Source: Neocallimastix sp. 'constans' | Taxonomy: Eukaryota | Reading direction: 5' to 3' | NCBI GenBank assembly: GCA_050613775.1 | Contig: JBODTK010000001.1 | Span: forward strand, 1,984,001-2,048,000 | Length of the DNA: 64,000 bases | Shown: one piece after another, positions 14,966-26,112 of the stretch | How positions within the stretch are numbered: position 1 is the stretch's first letter | How the letters are laid out: every line of letters begins with the position of its first letter | Position numbers and translations under genes: made by a program | Notes under the pieces: model-generated | What the model saw: only the letters and a program-made list of their open reading frames with translations | Told to the model about the DNA's origin: nothing | Databases searched by the model: none

Positions 14966-15939
14966 TCCTTTTTTACAAAGCTTTTTTTATTTTTTGAGTA
15001 AGAATAAACTTTATTTAATAATATTTATTAAAAAAAAAATTAATATTAAAAAACTATATGTTTATAAGTTTTCAAGAAACAAAATGGAATAGTCCTCTAT
15101 TTTCGTTCCCATGTCATTGATGAATGGTTTCATATGGATTAAAAAAAAAAAATTATCATTTGAATCTTGTAATCATATTAGAAACTTTTCTTCTTTCTTT
15201 TGCCTTATCGTTTTCGTTGTCGACACTCTTGTAAAACGGTAGGTCTTTTGGCACACAAAAAATTTAATTCATGGTGTGGAAATTAGAAAATTACTAATCA
15301 CATAATAGGCAGCAATAGCATTTTAAGTAAGAAAAATTCCATAAATCCCTCATATATACTGCATTTCTGCCAAGAAGAAGACACCGTAGATACAATACAT
15401 TAATTATTTTCATTTAAAATATATATATATATTTTTTTCCTCTTTGTCAATAGGAATATTCATTTATTCATTTAATTCATTGATTCATTGATTCATTGAT
15501 TTTTTTTTTTTTTTGATACCTTTAATCATGAGCTTTATTTCAAAAAAGGATTTTAAGAGAGAGAGAGAGAGGATTTTGAGGAGGTTATTAATAAAACAAT
15601 ATTATCAATAAATAGATCACACCCAACGCAACACCTTTTTTTTTTTTTTTTAACTTCCTTTCCTTTCAGTAATGAATACCATATCTTTTGTATTTATCCA
15701 ATAGGTCATTGATAATTATATTAAATATAAAAAAAAAGGGAGGGAATAAGGGGACACCTTTAGTGTACACCAAAATGTATTGAAAAAAAAAAAAAAAAAA
15801 AAAGAAAAAAAAAATTTTTTTTTTCTTTTGAAATTTTTTTACCATTAAAGTTTGCTCAAACTTTCAAAGTTTTAAGGTAGTTCATTATAGTAAATAAACT
15901 TAAAGTCACTTACCACGAATTTTCAATATTATTTAAGTT

Positions 15940-15976
<37 letters not shown>

Positions 15977-16232
15977 TAAGTATAAGTTAAATGTTTAAAT
16001 TGAAACTAAATCCTAATTTTTTGAAAGGATTTTTAATTCTACATTAATGAGTTAAAATACCATAGTCTTTATTACAATCTGAAAGATCCTCTTTCTTAAG
16101 GAATAGAATGGAAGTAATAGAAGTAATAGAAGTAATAAAAACAATAGAAACAAAATTCCTATTCATCAAGGGGGGGAGAGGGAGTTCACCATCCCAAATA
16201 TTATTAAAATAATAAAATAAATAAAAAAAATC

Positions 16233-16278
<46 letters not shown>

Positions 16279-16909
16279 AACAATCGGAATTAAGAAACTT
16301 CTTGATTAGGATTCATTCTGGAAAAGAAGAAGAAGAAGAAAAAGAAAAAGTTTCTACTCTCATAGTTCTCATAGTTGAAATGTTGAAATATACTTTATAC
16401 TTTTTTTTAAAAAAAAAAATAAATAAATAAATAAAAATAAAATAAAAAAATAAAAAAATAAATAAATAAAAAATAAAAAAATAAAAAATTAAAAAATAAA
16501 AAAATAAAAAAAAAAATAAAAAAAATAAAAAGTTCTGTTGATATACCATCAGGACGAGGTACTTTTTTTTTTTTTTTAAGCAAGAGATGAAAACATTTCC
16601 TAATGAACATCGAACATTCCTAATAAAGGAAACTCTATTTACTGAGGATATATATCTATATCTATATCTATATCTGTATTCTAAATCTAAATTTATATTT
16701 ATATCTATATTCTAAATCTAAATCCTATATTTATATCTATATTCTGAATCTAAATCTAAATCTATTTTATAAATCTATATTCTAAATTATCATTAATGAA
16801 TTGGAAGGAATTGTGGATATCAATATAAAGGCCACGCATACCAAGGGATTTTCATGTCTGCGTGTCTCAATACCGTTCTATAAATGTCGGAGAAATGGAT
16901 AGGAAAAGG

Positions 16910-16950
<41 letters not shown>

Positions 16951-17430
16951 AATTCAGGAAAAAAGAATTTTATTACTGACTTCTTTATGACAAATATAAA
17001 TGAGATTAAAAAAAAAATGTTGAATTAAAATGAATAAAAAGTCTGTCACTTTTTTTTTTTTTTTTTTTTTTTTAAAGAGTTTCAACCATTAATATTCCAG
17101 CGAATACAGAAGTTAAAATATTAAATAGTTGAGATGGAATTTAGCCTAGAGAAAACTATCAGAGCTAGTAAAAAAAAAAATAGTGGGTTCACGATAATAC
17201 TTGGTTCCTTTATAAATTTAAACAGTTAAATGTTGTAAATCCATAAAAAAAAAAGTAACTTTTCCAATTTATTCTTTTAACAAGTAAAGTGTTTTTTTTT
17301 TTTTTTTTTGTAATCATATAAATAGCCTTCAAAAAAAAACCAAGCTATCAAGGCTATATTAATAAAATTAAAAATATAAAATAAAAAAAAAAATAAAAAT
17401 ATGGAATTTGTATAAAAAAAATTGAGTTTT

Positions 17431-17478
<48 letters not shown>

Positions 17479-17634
17479 GTTTCCTATTGACATCTAAATA
17501 TAAATATATATATATATATATATTTTATCATAGAATTATTGGTGAAGAAATGAAAATATTAATAAATATAAATTTTTTTTTTTTTTTTATAAAAAAAAAA
17601 TGTAAAAGGATATTAAAATATCAAAAAGTATAAC

Positions 17635-17665
<31 letters not shown>

Positions 17666-17740
17666 CATTAAGGTGGGACGAATCAATTCCAAAAGGAATT
17701 ATAAAAAAAAATAAAATAAAATAAAAATAAAATAAAAAAA

Positions 17741-17810
17741 AGTATCATAATTACATAATCATCCAAAATAATAAAATGAAAAATAAGAAAAAAAAATAAA
17801 ATTAAAAATA

Positions 17811-17855
<45 letters not shown>

Positions 17856-17988
17856 AAATAAAATAAAATAAAAATAAAATAAAAAAAAAAGTATCATAAT
17901 TACATAATCATCCAAAATAATAAAATGAAAAATAAGAAAAAAAAAATAAAATTAAAAATAAAATTAAAAAAAAAAAAAAAAAAAAAAT
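17741..17988. repeat. Tandem duplication of about 150 bp (GTATCATAATTACATAATCATCCAAAATAAT...)
   Basis: Identical blocks start at about 17742 and 17891. Confidence 0.85.
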
Positions 17989-18231
17989 ACATGATAAATA
18001 TAAATATAATATTATAGTACTATAGTACTATATTCATACATGTAGAAATAGTAAATACTTAAAATAAAAAATAAAATAAAATAAAAAGAAAAAAAAAAAT
18101 TACATGGAAGAAAAATAGTATTTCTTAAAAAAAAAAAAAATAAAAAATAAAAAAAATAAAATATATATATATATATATATATATTAATAACTTTGATGAT
18201 TAAATAATATATAAATCAATATTGATGACAA

Positions 18232-18350
18232 ACAATTGCAATAAAGCAATGGTCACCAAATCTATAATTTGGATTTTTTTTTTTTTGTTTTTATTTACAA
18301 TTGCAATAAAGCAATGGTCACCAAATCTATAATTTGGATTTTTTTTTTTG
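18232..18350. repeat. 65-bp-period tandem duplication (ACAATTGCAATAAAGCAATGGTCACCAAATCTATAATTTGGAT)
   Basis: Two identical copies at about 18232 and 18297. Confidence 0.9.
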
Positions 18351-18561
18351 GTTTTTATTTTTATTTTTATTTTTATTTTTATTTTTATTTTTATTTTTAT
18401 TTTTATTTTTATTTTTATTTTTATTTTTATTTTTATTTTTATTTTTTAATTATATTTTAATAAATATATATATATATATACATTTTTACAGCCGCAATTA
18501 TTGCGAAATTATAACTTTTTTTTTATTCAATTATTAATTTCATGAATATTTTTTTTATTAC

Positions 18562-18592
<31 letters not shown>

Positions 18593-18637
18593 CCTATATA
18601 GGTAACGAAACCTCACCTCCAGATGATGAGATTTCTT

Positions 18638-18677
<40 letters not shown>

Positions 18678-18781
18678 AATTCTTATTCTGGATTAGGGTT
18701 TGAATGGACTCTCTGAAAGAAAGATATTCATGGTCTTCTCCTCTAATAATATCCTTAAAAAATATTTTAATATTTTATTCC

Positions 18782-18833
<52 letters not shown>

Positions 18834-18875
18834 ACCAAAAAAAAAAAAAAAAATAGCTTTTAGAAAATCAATGTT

Positions 18876-19005
18876 CTAATCGAGAATTACTATTTTTTTT
18901 TTTTTTTCTATAACAACAAAGGTCACCCGTTCTAGACAGGTGATAAACAGAGATAATCTAATTCGTAATTCGAGTTTTTTCTTTTTCTTTTCCTTTTTTT
19001 CCTTT

Positions 19006-19057
<52 letters not shown>

Positions 19058-19208
19058 ATCTTACCTGAAGTAAATTCGAGCATTTCGCCAAAAGAGAGGA
19101 GGGAAGGTTAAAGTACTTTAGAAACCCAATTAAAGGATGTAAAGCTATTTCCCCCATTAAAAAAAAAAAAAATTCCTTCAATTCATCATAATCCTGAAAT
19201 TAACTAGT
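18876..19208 (-). mobile_element. LINE 'C', downstream half (post-RT region) of an old element split by a later insertion
   Basis: With frameshifts it reads (T)LVNSGL**IEG..NGGNSFTSFNWVSKVL.LP.LLAKCSN.LQVRCF, resembling LINE A's NRGLYWSYG..NSSVSLYDITRELRIPPLSAVCAISQLRCF. It ends at the 16-bp direct repeat CCTGAAATTAACTAGT (19193-19208). Confidence 0.65.
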
Positions 19209-19607
19209 TTTATATATATAGAGAATACACTTCCATAAAAAAAATACATGCAGGTAAAAAAAAGTACATTGGAAATTAAGAATAAAAATAAAAGTTAACA
19301 AAAAAAAAAAAAATAATAATAATAAAAAATAAAAAAGCTCAAGAATTACTATGTATTTCGGAAAGTTGTACACTCTACGGGGAATTTTTCCCTTCCTAAC
19401 AAATAAAAAAGAAATAAAACCTAGAAGTAACATCTTTAAAATAGATAGTGTGGTGTCCACTAAACTCTCCCCCCGAATCCATCATTCATTGAACTACTAA
19501 GGGCGAGATTCACCCTTTTCGTAGAAATAGAGGATGATCCTGTATTATCATTATACCTTATCAGTACGACGTCGATGTCGGCGCTCTTGGTTAAGTTTGT
19601 TATTTGA

Positions 19608-19647
<40 letters not shown>

Positions 19648-21021
19648 CTTAGATAATAACTTTATTTAATTTATAATAATAATAAGATTACATGAATTAA
19701 ATGAAAAAAAAAAAAAAAAAAAAAATAAAATACATGAAATAAAATATTATATATTATAAAATTATAAAAGTGCGTTAGAAGCAATAGCCTCTAACTTTTC
19801 CCATTCCTCGATAATAACACCACGTCCATTATTGCGAGTAATAATTTCAGTATTAATGTTATCAATCGAATCTGTATCTGGAGGTGAAAATCCATGCCTT
19901 ATCATTTCGACGTCGACGCTCTTGGTAACGGTAGATTCAACGGAATACCATTTCATCATCAAACTAAAAGATCGACAAATTAATAGTATTACGTTTGTTA
20001 GAAACTCCCGCAATCCCCACAAAATACGGAACAGTTGACGATGTTGAACTTTGTTTAAAAATATTGTCAACTAATTGTCTTTGTTCCCCATCATTAACAT
20101 TAATTTTTTGAATATATTGAATGCCCACCAAGAAGTGCACTCAATATATAATAATAAATATTATTATCATAATCCTTTTCTGAATCTAAAGAAATATCCA
20201 AGGATTTTTGTTCAATTATCATTGCAAACTTCAAAAAGAGATCATCTAGAAAAGGTAAAGATTTATTTCTGTAATTTTCCAATTCTTTACAGGCAAAGAT
20301 CCAGTGAGAAAAGCTAGGTACACTAACACCACAACAAGGGCAACATTTAGGGCAATCTTCTGAGACGATTTTTCTTTTAATGGAAATACTAATGTCAAAT
20401 TTAAAACCACACCTAATTCGAGAAATCCAAAAGAATCCCAACTGATACTTAGGATATTGAAATGTTAAGTTTCTGATTTCTGAAATAAATCCAAAATCAT
20501 TCTCCTTGTAAATAATTGCTTTTTTTAGCTTTTGAGGGTTTGAAGACATCTCTTTCCCAGTAAAACTTTTTTTTGTTTCACTTGTTTTCTTATCATTTAA
20601 TTTCTTATCCAAAGTCCTTGATTCTTTAGTCCATGAGTAATGTGACATAGTAGGAATATTATTAGTGAGATGATTAATAATACATGAAGAATTTTTCCAT
20701 TTTCTAAAGCATCGTAATTGAGATATAGCACAGACAGCTGAAAGAGGAGGTATTCTCAATTCACGAGTAATATCATAGAGACTAACAGAAGAATTGCGAG
20801 ATTTAAATCCATAACTCCAATAAAGTCCTCTATTAGTAATTTTTTAAGCTTTAGAACATCTGCTCTTATTTGAACCAAAGAGAGGAGCATAATATATAAC
20901 AAGGCTAAGAATAAACGAAATTAAGACATATTTCTTCAATGGAAGAGGAATAGATTTATTAATAAGAAATCGAAAGTACAAATTTATTAGGTATTTGACA
21001 ATACCTATTCAAATAATAGCT

Positions 21022-21022
<1 letters not shown>
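19209..21022 (-). mobile_element. LINE 'B', short 5'-truncated 3' end (about 410 bp net), itself interrupted by LINE A
   Basis: Rejoined across the LINE A TSD it reads ...LNRYCQITNLTKSADIDVVLIRY...GFGGRV*, similar to LINE A's MKWYSVESTVTKSVDVEMIRH. A 3'UTR-like segment follows. The whole insertion 19209-21215 is bounded by a 16-bp direct repeat. Confidence 0.6.
19611..20991 (-). mobile_element. LINE 'A', 5'-truncated non-LTR retrotransposon copy with post-RT region, CCHC-type zinc motif, poly(A) tail and 10-11 bp TSD
   Basis: ORFs 20100-20759 and 19762-20070 join through frameshifts. CPKCCPCC...FSHWIFAC is a LINE C-terminal zinc motif. The minus-strand poly(A) is at 19611-19644. TATTTGACAA(T) occurs at 19601 and 20992. 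One in-frame stop near 20845. Confidence 0.85.
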
Positions 21023-21054
<32 letters not shown>

Positions 21055-21077
21055 AAGAAAAAGAAAAAAAAGAAAAA

Positions 21078-21096
21078 GAAATTTAAGGAAATTTTA

Positions 21097-21134
<38 letters not shown>

Positions 21135-21209
21135 ATTTTTCGAAATTGTAAAAAAAAACGAAACTTAAATTTTATACAAACTATAAAAAAAAATATAATA
21201 ATAAAAAAA
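21078..21209. repeat. Left arm of inverted repeat (inverted copy of 23901-24013)
   Basis: GAAATTTAAGGAAATTTTAAGAAAGG(TA)n...TTTTCGAAATTGTAAAAAAAAACGAAACTTAAATTTTATACAAACTATAAAAAA matches the reverse complement of 23901-24013 apart from a few substitutions and homopolymer/TA-repeat lengths. Confidence 0.9.
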
Positions 21210-21215
21210 TATAGG

Positions 21216-21410
21216 CCTGAAATTAACTAGTGTGTGTATACTACTTCTCGTTCTTTCTTTCACTAATAAAGGATAGTAATATGAGGATTCTTTTTATGGA
21301 AATAAAGTGCTTTTTCTAATTTTATTATTCATTCTTTGTATGATTTCGGTGTCAGTTCTAGATCATTTGAAAATGGTACACCTATAACAGGTATAGTAAT
21401 TTCTTTTTAG
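21216..21410 (-). mobile_element. LINE 'C', upstream half (end of RT domain)
   Basis: The minus strand reads ...IGVPFSNDLELTP/IIQRMNNKIRK...NPHITI (cf. RT domain 7 YLGIPF) and continues into 18876-19208 across the 16-bp direct repeat at 21216-21231. Confidence 0.65.
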
Positions 21411-21920
21411 GTAAAAAAAAATATATAAATATATAATAATAATTCTTATTTTTATTTTTATTTTTTTTTTATTTTTATTTTTATTTTTTTTATTTTTATT
21501 TTTTATTATATTTTATTTTTATTTAATATTTATTTTATTTAAGTTAACTCATTTACTTAATCTATTATGAATAATAAAATATATATATTTTTAAGATTGA
21601 ATTAACTTTAAACTTTCATTTTTTTAATTATTTTCTTAATTATTATTATTATTATTTTTTTTAATTTAATAACTCAAAATTTTTTAAAAATAAATTATAT
21701 ATAAAAATGATAACAGTAATATTTAAGAATTATAAAAAAATACATAATATATATTTATATTTTATGTATTTAAATTATATTGATAAAAAAAAATGATATA
21801 AAATTTCCTTCTATTTTTTTTTTTTTTTTAAAAAAAAATAAAATAAAATAAAAGGAATGGAAAAAAAACCTCTATATGTAATTATTTAAATTTTTTTTTA
21901 ATATATATATATATATATAG

Positions 21921-21951
<31 letters not shown>

Positions 21952-22084
21952 ATTAAAACATTTTAAAAAATACCCCTTAAATTGCTTTCTTCAATTTATT
22001 AATTGATATATATATATTATAATATTGATAATTTTATATTTAATTTTTCTTATTTATTTTTAATTTAAATTAATATATGGAAAC

Positions 22085-23509
22085 TTAGACAGAAGTGGCA
22101 GCGGCTTCAACCTTACTAGTTTCCTTTTCTTCAGCCTTAGCTTCAATTTCTTGAACTTCACCATCATCATCATCATTAGCTTCATCATTCTTCTTCTTAC
22201 CGAAATGTTGACTGAAATCGAAATAAATGAAGAAGATAGAACTAACAAGTAATAAGTATGGATAGAAAGTGTATGGAATGACTTGGAAAGCAGAAATGGA
22301 ATGCTTTAAGGAGGTACAAGCAGAGATAGCAACAAGCATTTGAGCACCGTAAGGAAGAATACCTTGGAAGACACAAGAGAAAGTATCTAAAAGGGAAGCA
22401 GCCTTACGTGGATTAATACCATATTCTCTTTGCATTTCCTTAGCAATTGGATTAGACATAATAATAGCAACAGTATTATTAGCAGTAGCAATATCAATAA
22501 TACTAACTAAAACACCCATACCTAATTGACCGCCATGGTTACCCTTGAAAACTCTTTTAATACCATTTAAGAGAGCTTCAAAACCACCAGCTTCACGAAT
22601 TAAAGCACTCATATTAGCTACAAGAATAGCTACCATACTACTTTCAAACATACCAGAACAACCAGTACCCATATTAGCAACTAATTCTGTGAAAGAGGAT
22701 TCTCCGGTAGCTAACATGATAATAGCACCAGAAATAACACCTAATAAAAGAACACCAAAGACATTAAGACCAGCAATACCACAAATTAAAACTAAAACAT
22801 ATGGAATTAATTGAATAAGATTGTAGTCCTTACTAACAGATTTATTAATATCAGCTTTAAGAGAGATAACTAAGATAATAATGAGAGTAATAAGAGCGGC
22901 TGGAAAAGCAATTTTGAAATTTTGCTTAAACTTATCCTTCATTTTACAACCTTGACCATTACAGGCAGCAATAGTAGTATCAGAAATGAATGAGAGATTA
23001 TCACCAAACATAGCACCACCAACTACAGCAGCAACACATAATGGTAAACCAAAACCAGAGGCATCAGAAACAGCTACACCAATAGGAACAATTAAAGTAA
23101 CTGTACCTACAGAAGTACCCATCGTTAAAGAAACGAAGCAAGCAACAACGAAAAGAGCAACAACAGCGTAACGAGCGGGAATGAAAGAAAGTGTGAAATA
23201 GACGACACTTTCAGCACTACTTCTACCAACAACACCAACAAAAGTACCAGCAACTAAATAAATTAAAACCATAGTAAGGATATTTTTGTCGGTTAAACCA
23301 TCGGCCATAACTTGAAGCTTTTCATCGAAACTTAATTTACGATTTTGAAGACAACCAATAAAGATAGCAATTAAAAGAGCAACTACAATAGGAATACTAT
23401 AGAAACCCATTTCAATACCTAAGATATATTCAAAGGTAATACCTAAACCAAGGTAAATTACCAAAAAAACAGCAATAGGTAATAAACCGAGAGGATTGCT
23501 TTTGACCAT
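22085..23509 (-). CDS. NhaC-family Na+/H+ antiporter-like transporter (bacterial type; possibly amino acid/methionine uptake, MetT-like)
   Basis: 474-aa intronless ORF with many hydrophobic segments and NhaC-family motifs MGTSVGT, GGAMFGDNLSFISDTTIAA, DIATANNTVAI and QGILPYGAQML. It ends in an acidic/lysine-rich C-terminal tail. Confidence 0.92.
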   Translation of the reverse strand: MVKSNPLGLLPIAVFLVIYLGLGITFEYILGIEMGFYSIPIVVALLIAIFIGCLQNRKLSFDEKLQVMADGLTDKNILTMVLIYLVAGTFVGVVGRSSAESVVYFTLSFIPARYAVVALFVVACFVSLTMGTSVGTVTLIVPIGVAVSDASGFGLPLCVAAVVGGAMFGDNLSFISDTTIAACNGQGCKMKDKFKQNFKIAFPAALITLIIILVISLKADINKSVSKDYNLIQLIPYVLVLICGIAGLNVFGVLLLGVISGAIIMLATGESSFTELVANMGTGCSGMFESSMVAILVANMSALIREAGGFEALLNGIKRVFKGNHGGQLGMGVLVSIIDIATANNTVAIIMSNPIAKEMQREYGINPRKAASLLDTFSCVFQGILPYGAQMLVAISACTSLKHSISAFQVIPYTFYPYLLLVSSIFFIYFDFSQHFGKKKNDEANDDDDGEVQEIEAKAEEKETSKVEAAATSV

Positions 23510-23900
23510 TTTTTCTATATATTTTTATTTTTTTTTTTTTATATATATAACTTTTTTTTTTATCTTTTTGTTTCGTTATAAAATATTTTAATTTTAAAAT
23601 TTAAAAAAAAAAACTTCTTATAAATATAGTTTTTTTATATTATTTATTGTTTTTATTTTTTATTATTTTTGTTGTTTGATTTGTTTTATTTTTATTTTTT
23701 TTTTTTTAAATTTTGTTTATTTAAAAATAAATTATCTTGCTTTTTGTTTTTATCCAAAAGTTTAAGATTATTAGAGAATAAATAAACCTTTTCTATTTTA
23801 AATATTTATATTTTATTTTATATAATTAATAATTATTTATTATTATTAAGTAATTAATTATATTTTTTTCTATTTTTTTTTTTTTTTTTTTGAAATCAAC

Positions 23901-24013
23901 TTTTTTATTATTTTATTTTTTATAGTTTGTATAAAATTTAAGTTTCGTTTTTTACAATTTCGAAAAACTTAATTTTATATATATATACCTTTTTTAAAAT
24001 TTCCTTAAATTTC
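23901..24013. repeat. Right arm of inverted repeat; upstream region of the NhaC gene containing a TATA-like element (minus strand, about 23965-23978)
   Basis: Reverse complement of 21078-21209. It lies about 390-500 bp upstream of the NhaC ATG. Confidence 0.85.
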
Positions 24014-25710
24014 TTTTTTTTTTTTTTTTTTTTTTTTATTATTAATAAGAAAAAAAAAATTGAGTATTACAAATTTGTTTTTTTTTCCTTTTTTTTTTTT
24101 TTTTTTTTTTTATCTTAAATTAGTTTGTTTGTTCTATTAAATAAAACACAATTATTTATTGTTTTGTGAAGAAAAAAATTTTTTTTTTTACGAAGCGAAA
24201 AATGTTCTTTATATATTCATTTATTTTTTTAATTTAAACTATACTATATAAAGTTTTATTATTTAATATTTATTTATTTTTTTATTATAAATTATATTAA
24301 CCATATTAATATATGTATACATATACATCGAAATACATATATATATATATATTTTTATTTCTGTTTTTTTTTTTTAATTTATTTTATTTTATTATAAAAT
24401 TAAATACATATTAAATAAATAAATAAATAAAATAAAAATATTTTGTTTTCAAATTTAAACGAATAAAAAAAAAAAAACACTAAAACAATAAAAAAGTAAA
24501 ATAAAATAAAAATAATAATAAAAAAAAAAAAGGAATAATTTTATTTTGATATCTGCTAACTAATTTTTTTTAATTTTTTTTTTTATTATTATTTTTATTT
24601 TATTTTACTTTTTTTAATTTTTTTTTTTTATTATTTTAATTTATTCAACCACAAATCAAATTCAAATAGTATTAAATAATTTTAAATAATTTTAAATAAT
24701 ATTAAATAACATTAAATAATATAAAAGCAATATAAAAATAATATAAAACTAAAATAAAAAAAAAAAAATTACATATAAAAAATTTTATCATAAACTCTGT
24801 TTACTATCATTTAAAATTTTTTTATTTTCCTCCATTAAAAATTCATTAATCTGCCTTTTCATTTCAATAAACCTTATTAGTTATATAAATAGATAAATTG
24901 ATATATATTTTGATAAATATATAATTGATAATTGAATGAATTTATAAATAAATAATGGATTATTTATTTTGTACAACATAAAGTTGTATATAAAATTTTT
25001 TTTAAGTATAATAATATATTTTATATTTATTATACATTCATATGAACTAATTTCATATAACTACCTATCAACCTTAACAAATAATAAAGCAAGTTTTAAT
25101 TCATGACATTTAAATAATATATGTTATTTAAATATCCTATATAATAATAATTAATTCTAACATAAATTTCAATTTATTTTGGGCAATTATTTTTTTAAAT
25201 TAAAAAAATTTTCATAAAAAATTTTTTAATTAAAATTTATTAATTTAATTATAATGTATATTTTATTGTAATATAATATGTCAATTTAAATATTTATTAT
25301 ATATTACACTGTATTTCTTATCTATTTTAAAAAGTAATTAGTTTTTATTATTTTTTTGTCTGTAATACCAATGACTTAAAAAGTATAAAAAAAAAAGTTT
25401 AAAAATTTTTATAATAGATATGGTTTTGTTTGTTGAAATGTGTTAATATTAGTTAATATGTAGCCAATAAAATAAAACGTATTAATTTATATTTAATCAA
25501 CGATTTAGTTGTGTAATCATAAAAAATTTTCCCTCCTTTCTTTATTTTTTATATACAAAAAATAAATAAATAGATAAATAAATAAATTTTGAGCCTATAG
25601 GAATATCTATATATAAAATAGAAATATTGAAAGATATTTATTTAATATATTTAAAATATATAGATTTAGAATAATATGGATGAACTAAATTTAATCATAA
25701 TTTATGAGGA

Positions 25711-25747
<37 letters not shown>

Positions 25748-25772
25748 CATAGCTTTTGTTACTAGCTAAAAG

Positions 25773-25804
<32 letters not shown>

Positions 25805-26081
25805 TACATAATAGCTAAAACGAAGATGAATGTATATATAATAAAGAAAAATAATTATAATAATAGAAGAATATTACTAAAGTTTAATATAAAATATATA
25901 AAAGGATAAAAAAGTAAATAATTAAAAAAAAATATAGATTTTTTTATTATAATTTGAGTAATTAATTTCATCATTCAAAATAACAATAAATTGATTTGTA
26001 CAAACATAAAAAATATATATTATATTTATATATTGTTCATATATATATTTATGTATTTTTGTATGTGTATGTATTTAATAC

Positions 26082-26112
<31 letters not shown>

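Larger units (their letters stand above)
15090..18770 (-). mobile_element. Heavily degenerate non-LTR retrotransposon (LINE 'D') with APE endonuclease, RT, C-terminus and possible ORF1 remnants
   Basis: Minus-strand motifs appear in canonical order, allowing for frameshifts: WNING*N (~17100, APE start); IPGMRGLYIDIHNS (~16830); KVPRPDGISTELF (~16545, RT domain 0, cf. KAPGPDG); KKEDLSDCN..GI.LINVELKILSK (~16060); IRGK (~15915); GVH*RCPL.PSLF..NIIINDLL (~15740, cf. GVRQGCPLSP); CC..DLFIDNIVLL (~15610, cf. LFADDIVL); KSVDNE.IRQ (~15215, like the C-terminus of LINE A). The part above about 17350 (putative ORF1) is weaker. Confidence 0.75.

Noticed and set aside
22545..23171. Plus-strand ORFs 22545-22814 and 22986-23171, and the alternative-frame ORF 22060-22248
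   Set aside because: They are antisense or off-frame shadows of the NhaC CDS.
21078..24013. NhaC gene as cargo of a TIR DNA transposon or bacterial composite transposon
   Set aside because: No transposase or flanking TSD is visible at the arm ends, and the left arm lies inside a TSD-bounded LINE insertion. Local templated duplication fits better, although a TIR origin is not formally excluded.
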